Source: Eledone cirrhosa
Taxonomy: Eukaryota
DNA length: 64,000 nucleotides
Assembly: GCA_964016885.1 (NCBI GenBank)
Contig: OZ024747.1
Coordinates: forward strand, 47,182,001-47,246,000
Direction of reading: 5' to 3'
Position 1 is the stretch's first letter, and each line of letters opens with the position of its first letter. A model generated the notes under the pieces. The model ran no database searches. It was not told the origin of the DNA and was given only the letters and a program-made list of their open reading frames with translations. This document shows positions 1-13,610 of this stretch, piece after piece. A program made the position numbers and the translations under genes.

Positions 1-37
1 TATATATATATATATATATATGTACACACATACACAC

Positions 38-122
<85 letters not shown>

Positions 123-168
123 AGTATACATACATATATATATGCACATGTATATATATATATATATA

Positions 169-1319
169 CTAGCAGCATGACCCGGCGTTGCACGGGGTAG
201 GAAACGTGTAGGAAACTGAGTAATTTTTGAATTCCCTTATTCTCAGGGAATGATTGTTCATCTATGGAAACGCAGAACACCAGCAGGCCGAATCCAGAAG
301 TAGCAGCAGAAGGGGATCATAGTGCAATTAGCACAAACGCTGGGCGTTGGGCGTTGTTTAACGGTAGATCTTTAAACCTGGCAATATTTAAAACATATAG
401 GTTTAATATAGTTTAACGGTAGATCTCTTTAAACCTAGCAACATGTAAAACATATAGATTTAATAATTGTTTCTACTCTTGGCACAAGGGCAGCATTATC
501 CCAGTGTATCACTGGTACTTTATTTTATCAACCCCGTAAGGATGAAAGGCAAAGTTAACCTCGGCGGGATTCGAACTCAGACCATAAAGGGCCGTAACAC
601 TTTGCTGCAAATTATGGCGTCCGACCCTCTACCGATATTGCCGATCCACCGCCCAGGGTTTCTACTCTTGGCACAAGGCCAGCAATTACTGGTACTTTAT
701 TTTCAGTTAACCTCGGTGGGATTTGAACTCAGACCATAAAGGGCCGTAACCCTTTGCTGCAAATCATGGCGTCCGACCCTCTACCGATATTGCCGATCCA
801 CCGCCCAGGGTTTCTACTCTTGGCACAAGGCCAGCAATTACTGGTACTTTATTTTAAGTTAACCTCGGCGCGATTTGAACTCAGACCATAAAGAGCCGTA
901 ACTCTTTGTTGCAAAGCATGGTGTCTGACGCTCTACCGATACTGCCAAACTACCGCCCTCTGCCAAACCACCGTCTATATAGATTTAACAATGGTAGATC
1001 TCTTTAAAGCAAGCGGCATGTAAAACAGTTTTAATATAGTTTAATGGTGGGTCTCTTTAAACCTGGCAACATGTAAAGCATAGATTTAATACAGTTTAAC
1101 CGTTTTGCTGCAGACCCCTCACCGCATCAGCGTTAATATTGTTAAGAGTTATAGATTTTTCTCTTGAGGGAGAGAGGACTGCTTGATCATTGGTTGGGTT
1201 GGCAGTAGTAGCAGAATAGCATAATAAAAATGATAATAGTTGGTTTCTTGAGGTAGTTTGAGATGGAAGGCGGGGGGAGGCAGAGAAATATGACTGCTTC
1301 AAAGTAGTAGTAGTAGTAT

Positions 1320-1361
<42 letters not shown>

Positions 1362-1610
1362 ATGTTGACAGTGATTATGTTTAGGGAAGTGGCAGATTTG
1401 AAACTCTGAAATATGAAGAATAGTTGTCGTTGTTGACCTGGTCGCTCCGTTAGAATATTGATTTCGTTCTCTGACCAATTATGGTTTTGAAATAATTACT
1501 TTTTTAATTATTATTTTGGAGACATGTTGTCTAGTCGTCCTCTTGTACCTTTTCTAATTATCTGTTCTTTACTGTTTTCCACCTTCTCTCTCTCTCTCTC
1601 TCTCTCTCTT

Positions 1611-1636
<26 letters not shown>
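169..1636 (-). mobile_element. Non-autonomous Helitron-like element, with SINEs inserted
   Basis: The minus strand ends ccccgtgcaacgccgggtcatgctgCTAG|T (GC hairpin 181-196 plus CTAG at 169-172), a classic Helitron 3' end. A candidate 5' TCTATATA...AAAA lies at ~1636. Internal ~60-bp repeats at 355-465 and 975-1100. The 5' boundary is uncertain. Confidence 0.55.
466..958 (-). mobile_element. Three head-to-tail tRNA-derived SINE copies; 2nd and 3rd internally deleted, period ~152 bp
   Basis: Reverse complement of ggcggtggatcggcaatatcggtagagggtcggac (A box) ... gagttcgaatccc (B box) ... gcctttcatccttacgggg...ataaaataaagtaccagt, repeated three times. Confidence 0.85.
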
Positions 1637-1649
<13 letters not shown>

Positions 1650-1654
1650 GGGGA

Positions 1655-1854
1655 GGTAGAACACTGGAAGGTAATATCTGTAATGGTGGAGCACTCAGTC
1701 CATGGGACGAGTTAGGTATAAGTGGTAACACAACAGTTAGTTCACCATACTGAGAACAATTGTTTCACCTTAGCGGATCCTCAACTCGTAATGGTCCATT
1801 ACGCTAAGGTGAAACAATTGTTCTCAGTATGGTCAACTAAATGTTGTGTAACAA
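1655..1854. mobile_element. Fold-back non-coding PLE-type terminal-repeat fragment (family D, copy 1) with degenerate HHR
   Basis: Inverted arms ...gagaacaattgtttcaccttagcg / cgctaaggtgaaacaattgttctc...; same family as 1870-2076 but with a different fold-back point. Confidence 0.6.
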
Positions 1855-1869
1855 CATATATATATAGTG

Positions 1870-2076
1870 GTAGAAGACTGGAAGGTAATATCCGTAGTGG
1901 TAGAGCACTCAGTCCATGGGACGAGTTAGGTAGAAGTGGTTACACAACAGTTAGTTCACCATACCGTGAACAATTGTTTCACCTTAGCGGATCCTCAGCT
2001 CGTAATTGAGCTGAGGATCCGCTAAGGTGAAACAATTGTTCTCGGTATGGTGAACTAACTGTTGTGTAACCACTTA
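1870..2076. mobile_element. Fold-back PLE-type terminal-repeat fragment (family D, copy 2)
   Basis: Near-perfect inverted repeat 1934-2001 / 2008-2075 with loop gtaatt; flanked by (TA)n; HHR motif in both arms. Confidence 0.7.
2008..2043 (+). ncRNA. Minimal type I hammerhead ribozyme motif
   Basis: gag-CTGAGGA-tcc gctaa ggt-GAAA-caattg-TT-ctc: stem I gag/ctc, palindromic stem/loop III, GUU triplet. Confidence 0.6.
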
Positions 2077-2094
2077 TATATATATATATATATA

Positions 2095-2936
2095 TATATT
2101 TGATATATATCATATGAAATGATACAGCCAATTTTCCACACAATACAATTAGTTAGCACCCCGAACGTTTAATTAGGAATATACTCAGGTATTTCCTAAT
2201 GTTTGTTGAGCGAGTTGGAATTTGGCCGGATATCGCTATTAGCTTTCTCCGATTATGTATTTATATATTTACTCTTGGAGCAACAGATATGAACTTTCCC
2301 AATATAAGGTATGACTCTCTTTGTTTATCTTTTATATGAATATTGATTGTGTGTTCTTGTATCTCATTCTGTTATTTTGCCCGAGAAAATATCTATGTGT
2401 GTCATCAAGCGATGCGCACATATAGTTATTTTTTCATATCCAATTGAGTTCTAGCACGTGGCTTGAATTCTTTTCAGAATTCATTGACCTGCGCATGTAT
2501 TGTTTTTTGGCGGTAGTCTCCTTCCTCCTATTTTCGAGACAGTGTGAGATTTTCTTTAGAACTGCTGGACTAACAACCTAGCAGCTTCCTCAAGCACTGA
2601 TGGTGATTATCGCTAAATATTGATGCTGATTTGGTTATCAATTTTAATATTATTGGCCACCCACTGATGAATTATAAGAGCCCACTTGAATAAGTATCTG
2701 TTGATCTTATACAAGCTTCTACATAAATTGATATAATTTTACCCAACTTGTAGAAATCTTATAGTGAAACGAGTCGTCTGGGAAGTGATATATTTGATAT
2801 ATCTCATATGAAATAATACAGCCAATTTTCCACACAATACGATTAGTTAGCACCCCGAAGGTATATACTCAGGTATTTCCTAATGTTTGTTGTTGGAATT
2901 TGGCCGGAGTATCGCTATTAGCTTTCTCCGATTATG

Positions 2937-2941
<5 letters not shown>
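2095..2941 (+). mobile_element. Non-coding retrozyme/pLTR-like element with ~160-bp direct terminal redundancy (period ~694 bp)
   Basis: 2095-2262 is repeated at 2789-2941; no ORF; canonical HHR at 2660-2782; flanked by (TA)n. Confidence 0.7.
2660..2782 (+). ncRNA. Type I hammerhead ribozyme with extended stem II
   Basis: ccca-CTGATGA-attataaga...(~77 nt)...tcttatagt-GAAA-cg agt cg-TC-tggg; all three stems pair; GUC cleavage predicted after 2778. Confidence 0.85.
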
Positions 2942-2982
<41 letters not shown>

Positions 2983-3496
2983 TATATTGTGTGTGTGTGA
3001 ATGTGTGGATTTCTGATTCCTGTGGGAATATTCGAAAGCAAAGTTTGTGCAGAAATTTGTTTCGATAATGAGAAATTTCTACTTACATAATTCGTGGATA
3101 AAAATATTTAGTTAGAAAATGAACCGATGGCCTTGAATCGCCATAATTTATTCAGTATCCACTATATATAGTATTTGTTACAGTCCACAAAATTAAATAC
3201 AGACAAAGCACACAGAGAATAGATAGGAGACACAGCTGTCGTTCTGTTAGACAGGACACTTTGTAGGATGATTATTTCAATGAATCTTTTCTCCCCTTTC
3301 CTTTCAACTTTCTGTTTCTTTTCAACATATTTTTCTTTCTTCTTTTCTTTAACCTTCTTATTAGATTATGTCTTTTTCCACTTTGATCGTATACTTCTGT
3401 GTATAATATCTAATATTATACAAATTTAAATATATATATATGTCAAGCCATGTATTGAGTTAGAAACTGAAAATAATCTCATTACAGTAAATTATA

Positions 3497-3575
<79 letters not shown>

Positions 3576-3578
<3 letters not shown>

Positions 3579-3777
3579 GTTATTCCGGGTTGAATCGGAG
3601 GTAACCACAGTAAGTAAGGTACTCAATACATTGAAGAGTATAAAAGTTTTAATATAGATGAGATTCTACAGGACTAGAACTGTTTCATTCTTTAGAAATC
3701 ATCAGGAATCCCTGATATTCCTGATGATTTCTAAAGAATGAAACAGTTCTAGTCCTGTAGAATCTCATCTATATTAA

Positions 3778-3780
<3 letters not shown>
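3576..3780. mobile_element. Fold-back HHR-bearing element (family E)
   Basis: Perfect 64-bp inverted repeat 3646-3709 / 3717-3780 between (TA)n tracts; homologous to 7543-7706 and 25776-25845. Confidence 0.75.
3714..3766 (+). ncRNA. Type I hammerhead ribozyme motif (mirror copy on minus strand at ~3660-3712)
   Basis: attc-CTGATGA-tttc taaa gaat-GAAA-cag ttctagtc ctg-TA-gaat; GUA triplet. Confidence 0.75.
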
Positions 3781-3838
<58 letters not shown>

Positions 3839-5148
3839 TTTGGGTTTGTTGGTCCACCACTGGATAGAACTGGTCATTATGTGTGGTCGGCCACGATGTA
3901 ATGTTATGGAAAGCCTCTTGCTGGTCTTGTAGGGCACAGATTGCTAAGGTCATATGTATCTAGATAATCATTACTATAGGTAAGTTTAAGTAGGAGTCCC
4001 AGCTCACTGGTATCAATCCCACGGAATTCAACATTGCTCTCACTGATCATTTCTACGCATTTCTCCACAGCAAAATCCACGTCAATGGATGGATATAGGG
4101 ACACAACATCCATACTTCCTATTATACAGTTTGTTAGGTCCCTAGATCGGTTACTTTCGCTGATTCTGCTGAGGAGGTCCTCCGTGCTGTCACATATATC
4201 TGGGGACATTTCAATGATGGGGCGTATGATCAGGGAGAGGAAGTAGGAAAGTCTGTAGTTACTAGCAAAGTTAGCTCCACAGACTGGCCGTGTTTGTGGT
4301 CCTGTGACAGGGTCACTGTTCGTTTTATGGTCTTTTCGAAGCCCATACAACGCTGGCACATCATTGTTTCAGGCCTGGAATAAAATTAACCCTTAAGGAA
4401 CATATGTTCAAATTTAATGGAAGAATATATGCCCAAGAGGAGGGAGCAGCCATTGGTGTTAGCATTGCAGGTGACATATCTAACCTATTCATGGTATGGT
4501 GGGACAATAGACTTAAACTTAAACTTAAAGAACAATTAGAAGACAACAACCTCTTAACCCTGATAATGTACTCCCGCTACGTTGATGATATAAACATCGT
4601 AGTAAAAACACCCCACTAGAGAACAGTCAGGAATTAGAGAAAAACACCATGGAAAGCATCCAGCAAATAGCTAACTCCATCCACCAGAGTATTAGAGTTA
4701 CTATAGACTACCCAAGCAAACACCCCAACCATCGATCACCTGTACTAGACACAGAGCTCTGGTTAGAAACCATTAATAACAAAAAACAAATCCTCCATTC
4801 CCATTATGCCAAACCCATGAAATATCTGATCCACCGAAACTCAGCTGTTTCGGACCACACCAAAATCAACATACTGATTGCGGATTTGGTACGGGTGATG
4901 AGAAACATGTCCCGCTAGAGAGACACATACAACACTTCATCCACCGTATGCAGTTCTCTGGTTACAATCAGAGAGATAAAATCAGAGTATATAGAGGAGC
5001 CAGAACCAAATGGTAAAAAATGGTAAATAATGATACAAATGGGACCTGCCCCTTGTATAGGAGCAAATTTTGGAATAGAATAGAAAGAACTAGGAATAAG
5101 GTTAATAGAATAAACTCATGGTATGATAGCAATAAATACTAGAGTGTA

Positions 5149-5682
5149 ATGTTCATCAATACAACCCCTAGAGGTGAATTAGCTTACAAATTTAGAAGGG
5201 CCCAAGATAAACATAAACTCAATATTAAGATAGTAGAAAGACCAGGTAGCTCCATAAAAACACTTATTAACAATACATACCCTTTTCAAAGACCTCCCTG
5301 TATAGATAAGAAATGTATAATCTGTAAACTAAGCCCCCATATTAACTGTAAAACTAGAAATGTAGTATATAGCATAAGATGTACCGAAGGACAATGTAGA
5401 CATAAGAATATAGTGTACATAAGTGAGACAGCTCGTAGTATAGGAGAACGGATAAATGAACACTGGCGAGAGCTTCAAGATAGTAAAGAATCATCTGTAC
5501 TCCACCAACATGCTAAAATAGAACATAACGGTAAATTAGAGAACATAGAAATAAAAATAGAATCTACACACAGAAAAGACGCAATGTTTAGACAAATCAC
5601 TGAGGCAATAAACATAAATGAACTCCAACCAAAATTAAATAGAAAACATGAATGGAATAGCAACACCACAACTTACAATTAA
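5149..5682 (+). pseudogene. PLE GIY-YIG endonuclease domain, open segment
   Basis: CxxxxCxxC linker, VVY...YISET, ERINEH, EAI, LN motifs. Confidence 0.85.
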
Positions 5683-5880
5683 GGACAAAATGTAAACACA
5701 CACACACATAGAACAAACAACCAACCAGTAACATGTAAATAAACAAATAAATAAACAAATATAAACACACACAGACACCCGGATGTAACACATGCGCAAA
5801 CTAAGCACACAACACACACAAAAACAAGATGGCGTAGGACAGAACAAAGGAGAGGCACAAAAACAAAGAAAAGAATCCCC

Positions 5881-5947
5881 AACCACTGAAGAGGTCACAG
5901 AATGTGTGACGAAAGAACTTTGACAATATATGAACAATCGTCTGGTT
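5881..5947 (+). ncRNA. Hammerhead-like motif in PLE 3' UTR/pLTR, partly degenerate stem III
   Basis: aacca-CTGAAGA-g gtcac...gtgac-GAAA-...-GTC-tggtt. Confidence 0.6.
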
Positions 5948-6072
5948 GTGGAACCAACCAACCAACTGGAAATGTATAAATTCTTATATTTATAAATTTA
6001 ATTTATAATAAATTGAAGTAAAAGCAACTGGTGCGTGTGTTTCTTATTGGCAACATGACCCTCCCAAAGCAT

Positions 6073-6640
<568 letters not shown>

Positions 6641-7089
6641 ATATAAATATATATATATATGCGTGTGTGTGTGTGTGTGTTATAACTACCCCTACAAGGT
6701 ATATTTTGAGAGTTCAATGTTGCAGTGTTTTATCCCCTGTTTATCTATAAAATATTTATCATGTTTATGTTACTTACTACTTTAATTGTATTCATACCTT
6801 TAATTTCTTATATCTGTCTATGTTGTTGTCTGTCTTTAATAATCCTTGTTATGGCTTGTTCTCAAAAACATCTCATTGCATTGAATATATTCGATAACAC
6901 CTCCTTATATTTCTACATTTTCTGGAATTGAAAACTCAACAAAAATATGACATTACCGTTATCGGACGTGTGTATGTGTCACTCAAATCTCTTGTCCGCA
7001 CCGGCTTCTTCAATATTCCTTCCTTTAAAAGTCTTATTGATCTTGAAATATTTGGGCAAAATATAGTTTCCATATTTTCTTAACTAAAT

Positions 7090-7270
7090 AATTGTTTCTA
7101 CTTTTGGCACAAGGCCAGCAATTATCCCAGTTTATTACTGGTACTTTATTTTGTCGACCCCGTAAGGAATAAAAGGCAAAGTTAACCTCGGAAAGATTTG
7201 AACTCAGACCATAAAGGGCCGTAACTCTTTGCTGCAAAGCATGGCGTCCGACCCTCTACCGATACTGCCA
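7090..7270 (-). mobile_element. tRNA-derived SINE, 5'-truncated
   Basis: Same SINE consensus. Confidence 0.85.
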
Positions 7271-7494
7271 AAATGTTTCATTATGTAGTTATTTTAATAG
7301 GTTTTTGTCTTTGTATATTTTCTATTTAATAGTTTGTCATCTTGTATTTTGGCTTTTGGTTTGACTGTATTTTTCTCGCTTGCGTAATAAAGCCTTTTCT
7401 TACTTTGTTAGTTTAGCTCTGTGTTTGTTCTTTTTTTAAAACTATGTATATATACATATATATATGTACGTGTATATATATATATATGTACGTG

Positions 7495-7542
<48 letters not shown>

Positions 7543-7545
<3 letters not shown>

Positions 7546-7704
7546 CCTGGGTTCAATCGGGGATAACCAGAGTACATAAAGAGAGTATAAATATTTAATA
7601 TAGAAATGGCTTCTATGGGACTAGAACTATTTCATTCAAAGGAAATCATCAGGAAAGCCCTGATGATTTCCTTTGAATGAAACAGTTCTGGTCCTGTAGA
7701 AGGA

Positions 7705-7706
<2 letters not shown>
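7543..7706. mobile_element. Diverged fold-back copy of HHR family E
   Basis: gaactatttcattcaaaggaaatcatcagg / cctgatgatttcctttgaatgaaacagttc; similar to 3576-3780. Confidence 0.65.
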
Positions 7707-7762
<56 letters not shown>

Positions 7763-8333
7763 CCTGTCTGATTGTGTGTGTATATGTGTATGTACATGTA
7801 TGTGTGTACATATATATATGTATGTATAAGTGTGTATATGTATATATATATACATATATATACATAGATATAAATATATACATACACATACATAGATATA
7901 AATATATACATACACATACATACGCGCACACAAACATATATATGTATATAAATATACATATACACACTTATACATATATATATGTATGTATAAGTGTGTA
8001 TATGTATATATATATACATATATATGTTTGTGTGCGCGTATGTATGTGTATGTATATATTTATATCTATGTATGTGTATGTATATATTTATATCTATGTA
8101 TGCGTATGTATGTTTTTAACTGAGTATCAATATAATTATACCTCTATCTATATATGTGAATATATGTACTTTTGTGATCTATGAAAATTATGCGTTTTGA
8201 CTATATGTCAACATACATTTATCTGAGTTTGATTACTTATACATAGACCCACTTGAAAATATTTACTATTTTATATTTTATGATGCATCATACGCTATAC
8301 TATACTATATACAATGTACCATACCGTACTATA

Positions 8334-8503
8334 TATCGGTAGAGGGTTGGACGCCATGCTTTCCAGCATAGTTACGTCCCTTTACGATCTGAGTTCAAAT
8401 CCCGCCGAGGTTGACTTTGCCTTTCATCCTTACGGGGTCGATAAAATAAAGTACCAGTAATGCACTGGGTAATTGCTGGCCTTGTGCCTAAAGTAGAAAC
8501 AAT
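8334..8503 (+). mobile_element. tRNA-derived SINE
   Basis: tatcggtagagggttggac...gagttcaaatccc...gcctttcatccttacggggtcgataaaataaagtaccagt. Confidence 0.85.
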
Positions 8504-9304
8504 TATATTACATTATATTATATTATTATATTATTATATTTTATTATCTTATTATAATTTTCAGCTTTTAATATACTATCCTTCCTAGTTATGAGCATTA
8601 CGTTACCTATCTATATTTATCCTGCTTATCTCGGTATATTTTATATTTACTTATTTATATTTACTTATTTATATTCACCTACAAATTCCATACAACACAA
8701 CTCAACATTTAATTTGTTTATTCCTTTGTAAACTTAACTCCACCATCTATATTCCACTATCAATATAACAATCCCTTTTTCCTTATAGGTTCTGTATAGT
8801 AATTCTATTTTTAACACCATTCAACCATTCCTTTCAAAAGGTCATGACCTCAACTAAAGTGAGTTATTTTTCATCTTAACATCATATGGGAAAAAAAGAA
8901 TTTGATTGGTTTGTTCTTCAGCTACCTCCAAATAAGGTCATAGCCCTCAATTTGCTATTGATTTTGAATAAAATTCTCATTGCTTTTGACAACGGCTGAT
9001 GATATACATGTAAGTAAATATATTTCTTATCTGATATTTTGTAACTAACCCTACATAGATCGATAACGAAATATGCGTACGATGTATTACTATTATTATC
9101 CCCTAGAAACGATCGTAAAGCAGTGAAGTATATTTCTAATGACTTGAATTTTTATTTCATTGTTTTAACTTATATCTTGACTATGTTTTCCTTTTGGTGT
9201 TTTATTGTTTTCCGGGATTAATTTTAACCTACAACATTTTCAACATATGGATTACATTGAGTTCTTCATGCAGACTAGACCCCACAATTAACTGTGGATA
9301 TTTC

Positions 9305-9452
<148 letters not shown>

Positions 9453-10230
9453 CCCATTTTATCACATATATATATATATATACATATATATTTTAGAGAG
9501 TTATTTTCATAAATATAATTTCGTGAGTTGGATATCTAGAGTAGATGATACGCTGCGTTCTTGAGCACATTGTTCCAGTTCATTTAGTTTTAAATTATTC
9601 CTGTGACTTCCGGGTTTTGTATTCTCAGTTGCTTAATACCCATGAAACCGAGATAAGCTACAGGCCTCATGCCATCTGCGCAAGCTTAGACAAAAGACTT
9701 CTCTACTCACACATGTAATTCATCAAAATGTTTAATAAAATGCGTTAAAGAACTAAAAGGATTGTTAAGCAAGCAAAGTATTATGTTCAATTGTTTACAT
9801 TAGTTTTGGGCTAAATTAGAGGAGTTGCTATGATCTTTGCAGAGGCTATGGTACGATAGTGTTAAAAGGGAGGATATAACACGACTTACGATATAGTCTC
9901 TTTGAATGGCCGACTGCTGATCAGTTTCCATCGATACGAATTCATTAACAAACCTTATATCCACCTTCATATACAGTGGAAAATATCCTCCCAAGATGCT
10001 GCGCAGTCAAATCGAACCGGAACTAGAGTATTGTAAAGCTACCTTCTTTAACTCTCGTCTATGCGATTACACACATTTTACTTATAAGTCACGCAATTCT
10101 GATGCGACAATGTCACGATTACGGTAATTAAATCCAACTATATCTTGCTTTTATATGCATACAATTTTGACGTTATTATTGATACTGATGGAAAAAAGAA
10201 ATATTTCGGACAGTTAATCTCATCTTCTCA

Positions 10231-10268
<38 letters not shown>

Positions 10269-10372
10269 TACATACATACATACATACATACATACATACA
10301 TACATACATACATACATACATACATACATACATAATACATACATACATACATAAATGCATACAAACATGCAT

Positions 10373-10404
<32 letters not shown>

Positions 10405-10520
10405 AATACATAGACCATATTCATTATATTCATATGATATAGCATACATATATACAAACATATTTCATACACTATGTATATATATTTATATATATATATT
10501 ATATATATATATATATATAC

Positions 10521-10575
<55 letters not shown>

Positions 10576-10715
10576 CGTGTGTGTGTGTGTGTGTGTGTCT
10601 GTCTGTCTGTGTCTGTCTGTGGGTATGTGTGGAATATATTTACCTAGAATTAGCATTAACAGAATAGAGACGTATACAGTAAATATATATAGTAAGCATA
10701 CATAGTCTCACTCTG

Positions 10716-11806
10716 GGAACCACTATTACACGCTATACTACACGCTACACGCTATACTTACGCTACTGACTTTATCTGCCAGACTTCTATTAACAACGCT
10801 TCTCGAGACGCCAGGGTCGATGAGGCTCGAGGTCTCAAACATGGGTCCTCTTCATGACCGGACTTGAGCATTATCTCATCTAACACTGACGCCAAGCAAG
10901 ATCTCAAGGCAGACCTGTGTATCCAGCAGAGATCTGACAGCTTATGCCTTCCTTCATTCCTGCATTCGCCCACGAATTCCTGGCATGACCCTTGTTACTT
11001 GAGAGACCTCATGACCAATACGGAAGTGCAATCTTCATCCGGGATAGTCCTAGCAGCTACTAGGTGATCCATGACAGACACAGATGATAAAGACGTCTTC
11101 TCCTTCAACACCGTGAGAATACCAGTGAGCTCTGTCTACAACCCACCAACAACAATACTCAACATTCAGCTGACGTAATCAATGGCAGTATCAACGTCAT
11201 CATAGGTGACTTTAACAGTCACAGTATCATCTGAGGTTATGTTGAAACTAACGAAGATGACAATCTCATAGAGAACTGGGCTGACACAAATCAATTGTCA
11301 CTCAATCATGAAGGCTGGCTGGAGGAGCTTCGCAGATGACCTGGATTCATCCATTACTGATCTACCTGCTACCCCCAACAACTACGATGCTTTCATCGAA
11401 TTGCTCAAGGTTTCTTCTAGGAAGAATATTCCTCAGGCATGTCGCACCAGCTACCCCCAGGGCCTCTCCAACAATGCAAATTAGCTTTATGAAGAATACA
11501 CCCAACTCTTTGATGAGGATTCCTTTGGTACTGACACGCTGGAACGCGGAGATACCCTGACCAACTCTATCATGGAGGGCAGGTGGAGGAAGTGGTAGGA
11601 CTTGATTGAAAGTACAGACATGAAACATAGCAGCAGGAAAGGCTGGAAGACTATACGGATATTGGGGAATGACTTCTCAAAGTCCCAACCAAGGTCTCTA
11701 GTCTCTTGAAGATTCATGCACACTTAACGACCTTGAAGTCATAACACCTCAGGCAAGGCTCTGTACGCAACACTGAATAGGTGTGTTGTAGTGACTCGAT
11801 GAGAAA
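10716..11806 (+). mobile_element. Internally deleted, decayed non-LTR retrotransposon, Ingi/Vingi-like APE endonuclease
   Basis: 14-bp TSD atagtctcactctg (10702-10715 / 11807-11820). Translated remnants IISSN...DLC...DSLCL and NVIIGDFNSHS..*GY.ETNEDDNLIENWADTNQLSLNHE. Clade assigned from motif memory. Confidence 0.65.
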
Positions 11807-12243
11807 ATAGTCTCACTCTGAGTATTGTAACTATATGAGAACGTGAAATACACATATTTAAGCATCGTTAATGTATCATCAGTGGCACCTACACATGGTA
11901 CAGAAGTGTAGAAGTTAATGCTTATTGAATATAGATTTTTTAACTAATGCGTTTTTCATGGTGGCTTATTTACATATGGTGCAAGCTTGACGAGCTAATA
12001 TTAATTAACAATAGCACTAACATAGCTTGGTTTAGAATACAGGCGTACCCAGTGCACTTTATTGTAACTTAGTTAACGAAATCTGCCGATAAACAAAATG
12101 GAATAAAAGTCTAATATCACTTGTCAATTGAAGCTTTGAACATTTCTCCAAACTAACTCTTGTCAAACTGTATGATAAGAAGATACATAAGGATAGAAAC
12201 AACAATAACTCAAACAACGACAGCAACAATATTAATAATAATA

Positions 12244-12317
<74 letters not shown>

Positions 12318-12787
12318 CGATCTCGAAAGGAAATTTAATTGGTTTCTCTCTAGTTGCATACTTCATCATCCACCCACTACTATTATTAATGGGCAAGAGA
12401 GAGAGAGAGACACAGAGAGAGGGAGAGAGAGAGAGAGAAAGAGAATAAATAGATGCCACTAATATGACACACTTCAGTTTGATTACTAAGACCTTGTGCG
12501 CCATATTAATTCGGTTTTTCAATTGGATAACAGCGTTATTGCCAAACGTTTTCAGTCGGCAGATTGGAAGAGAAAGTTATGGTGCTGAAACACAGATATA
12601 ATATAGAGTCCATTAATTTATCAAATTTGATTTTATAAGCTCTTTACAGCTGCTGCTTCTTATCGTATGCAATTCGAAGCTATCAAATATTAAAAGTAGA
12701 CGATGAGTTGCTGAAAGCTCGTTTTCGTCATATTTAATAAACATATTCTTATTCTTCTTGTTATTGTTATTTTTATTATTATCATCA

Positions 12788-12855
<68 letters not shown>

Positions 12856-12998
12856 GCTGTTATTGCTGTTGCTGTCGTGCTGGTTATTATAAATATGGTA
12901 GTTTGGATAATATTGCACACATTAATGAGTGTACACATATTAATATACAGGAACATAGATACAAACAAATACAAACACACACACACACACACACAAAT

Positions 12999-13041
<43 letters not shown>

Positions 13042-13556
13042 AATATAGTGATAGATAGATAGATATAATATTTGCTTTGGTGCTTGAATGCAATTCATAA
13101 TGTTACATGTTTCAAAAATCGTTCCTGGCAATATAATAAATGAGGAAAACTATATAGTGGCGTGAGTGTGGATGCTAATAGGAAACTAGTATTGTAAGTG
13201 TATTTATACATGTGTATCTGCGTCTGCTTGTATGTGTGGTCATCTGATTGCGATATATATATATAAGTGTGTGTATATGTATGTATATAAATGTACGCAT
13301 ACATATATATATATATATATTATATATATATACACATAAACATATATACAAATACATACACATATATATATATATATATACATATATACATTTATATATA
13401 CATATTTGTGTGTGTTCGTATATATATAAATGTACGCATACACATATATATATATATTATATAGATGCACATAAACATATATACAAATACATACATATAT
13501 ATATATATATATACATATATACATTTATATAATATATACATATTTGTGTGTGTTCG

Positions 13557-13610
<54 letters not shown>

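Larger units (their letters stand above)
3836..6077 (+). mobile_element. Penelope-like element, decayed, with inverted 5' segment
   Basis: Minus 4359-3836 gives N-terminal RT (LYGLRKDHK, RPVCGA, SMDVVSLYPSI). Plus 4361-5682 gives the RT core (FNGRIYAQEEGAAIG, YSRYVDD, PVLDTELW) and GIY-YIG (VVYSIRC..C..YISETARSIGERINEH). Stops and frameshifts present; 3' UTR carries an HHR-like motif. Confidence 0.92.

Noticed and set aside
8990-9125. ctgatga...cgaaatatgcgta and gaaacgatcgta as hammerheads
   Set aside because: Stems I and II cannot be paired convincingly. Probably a decayed pLTR, but not supportable as ribozymes.
12560-12735. HHR-like words (gatgagttgctgaaagc; gaaacac...gtc)
   Set aside because: Core incomplete and stems do not pair; could be chance.
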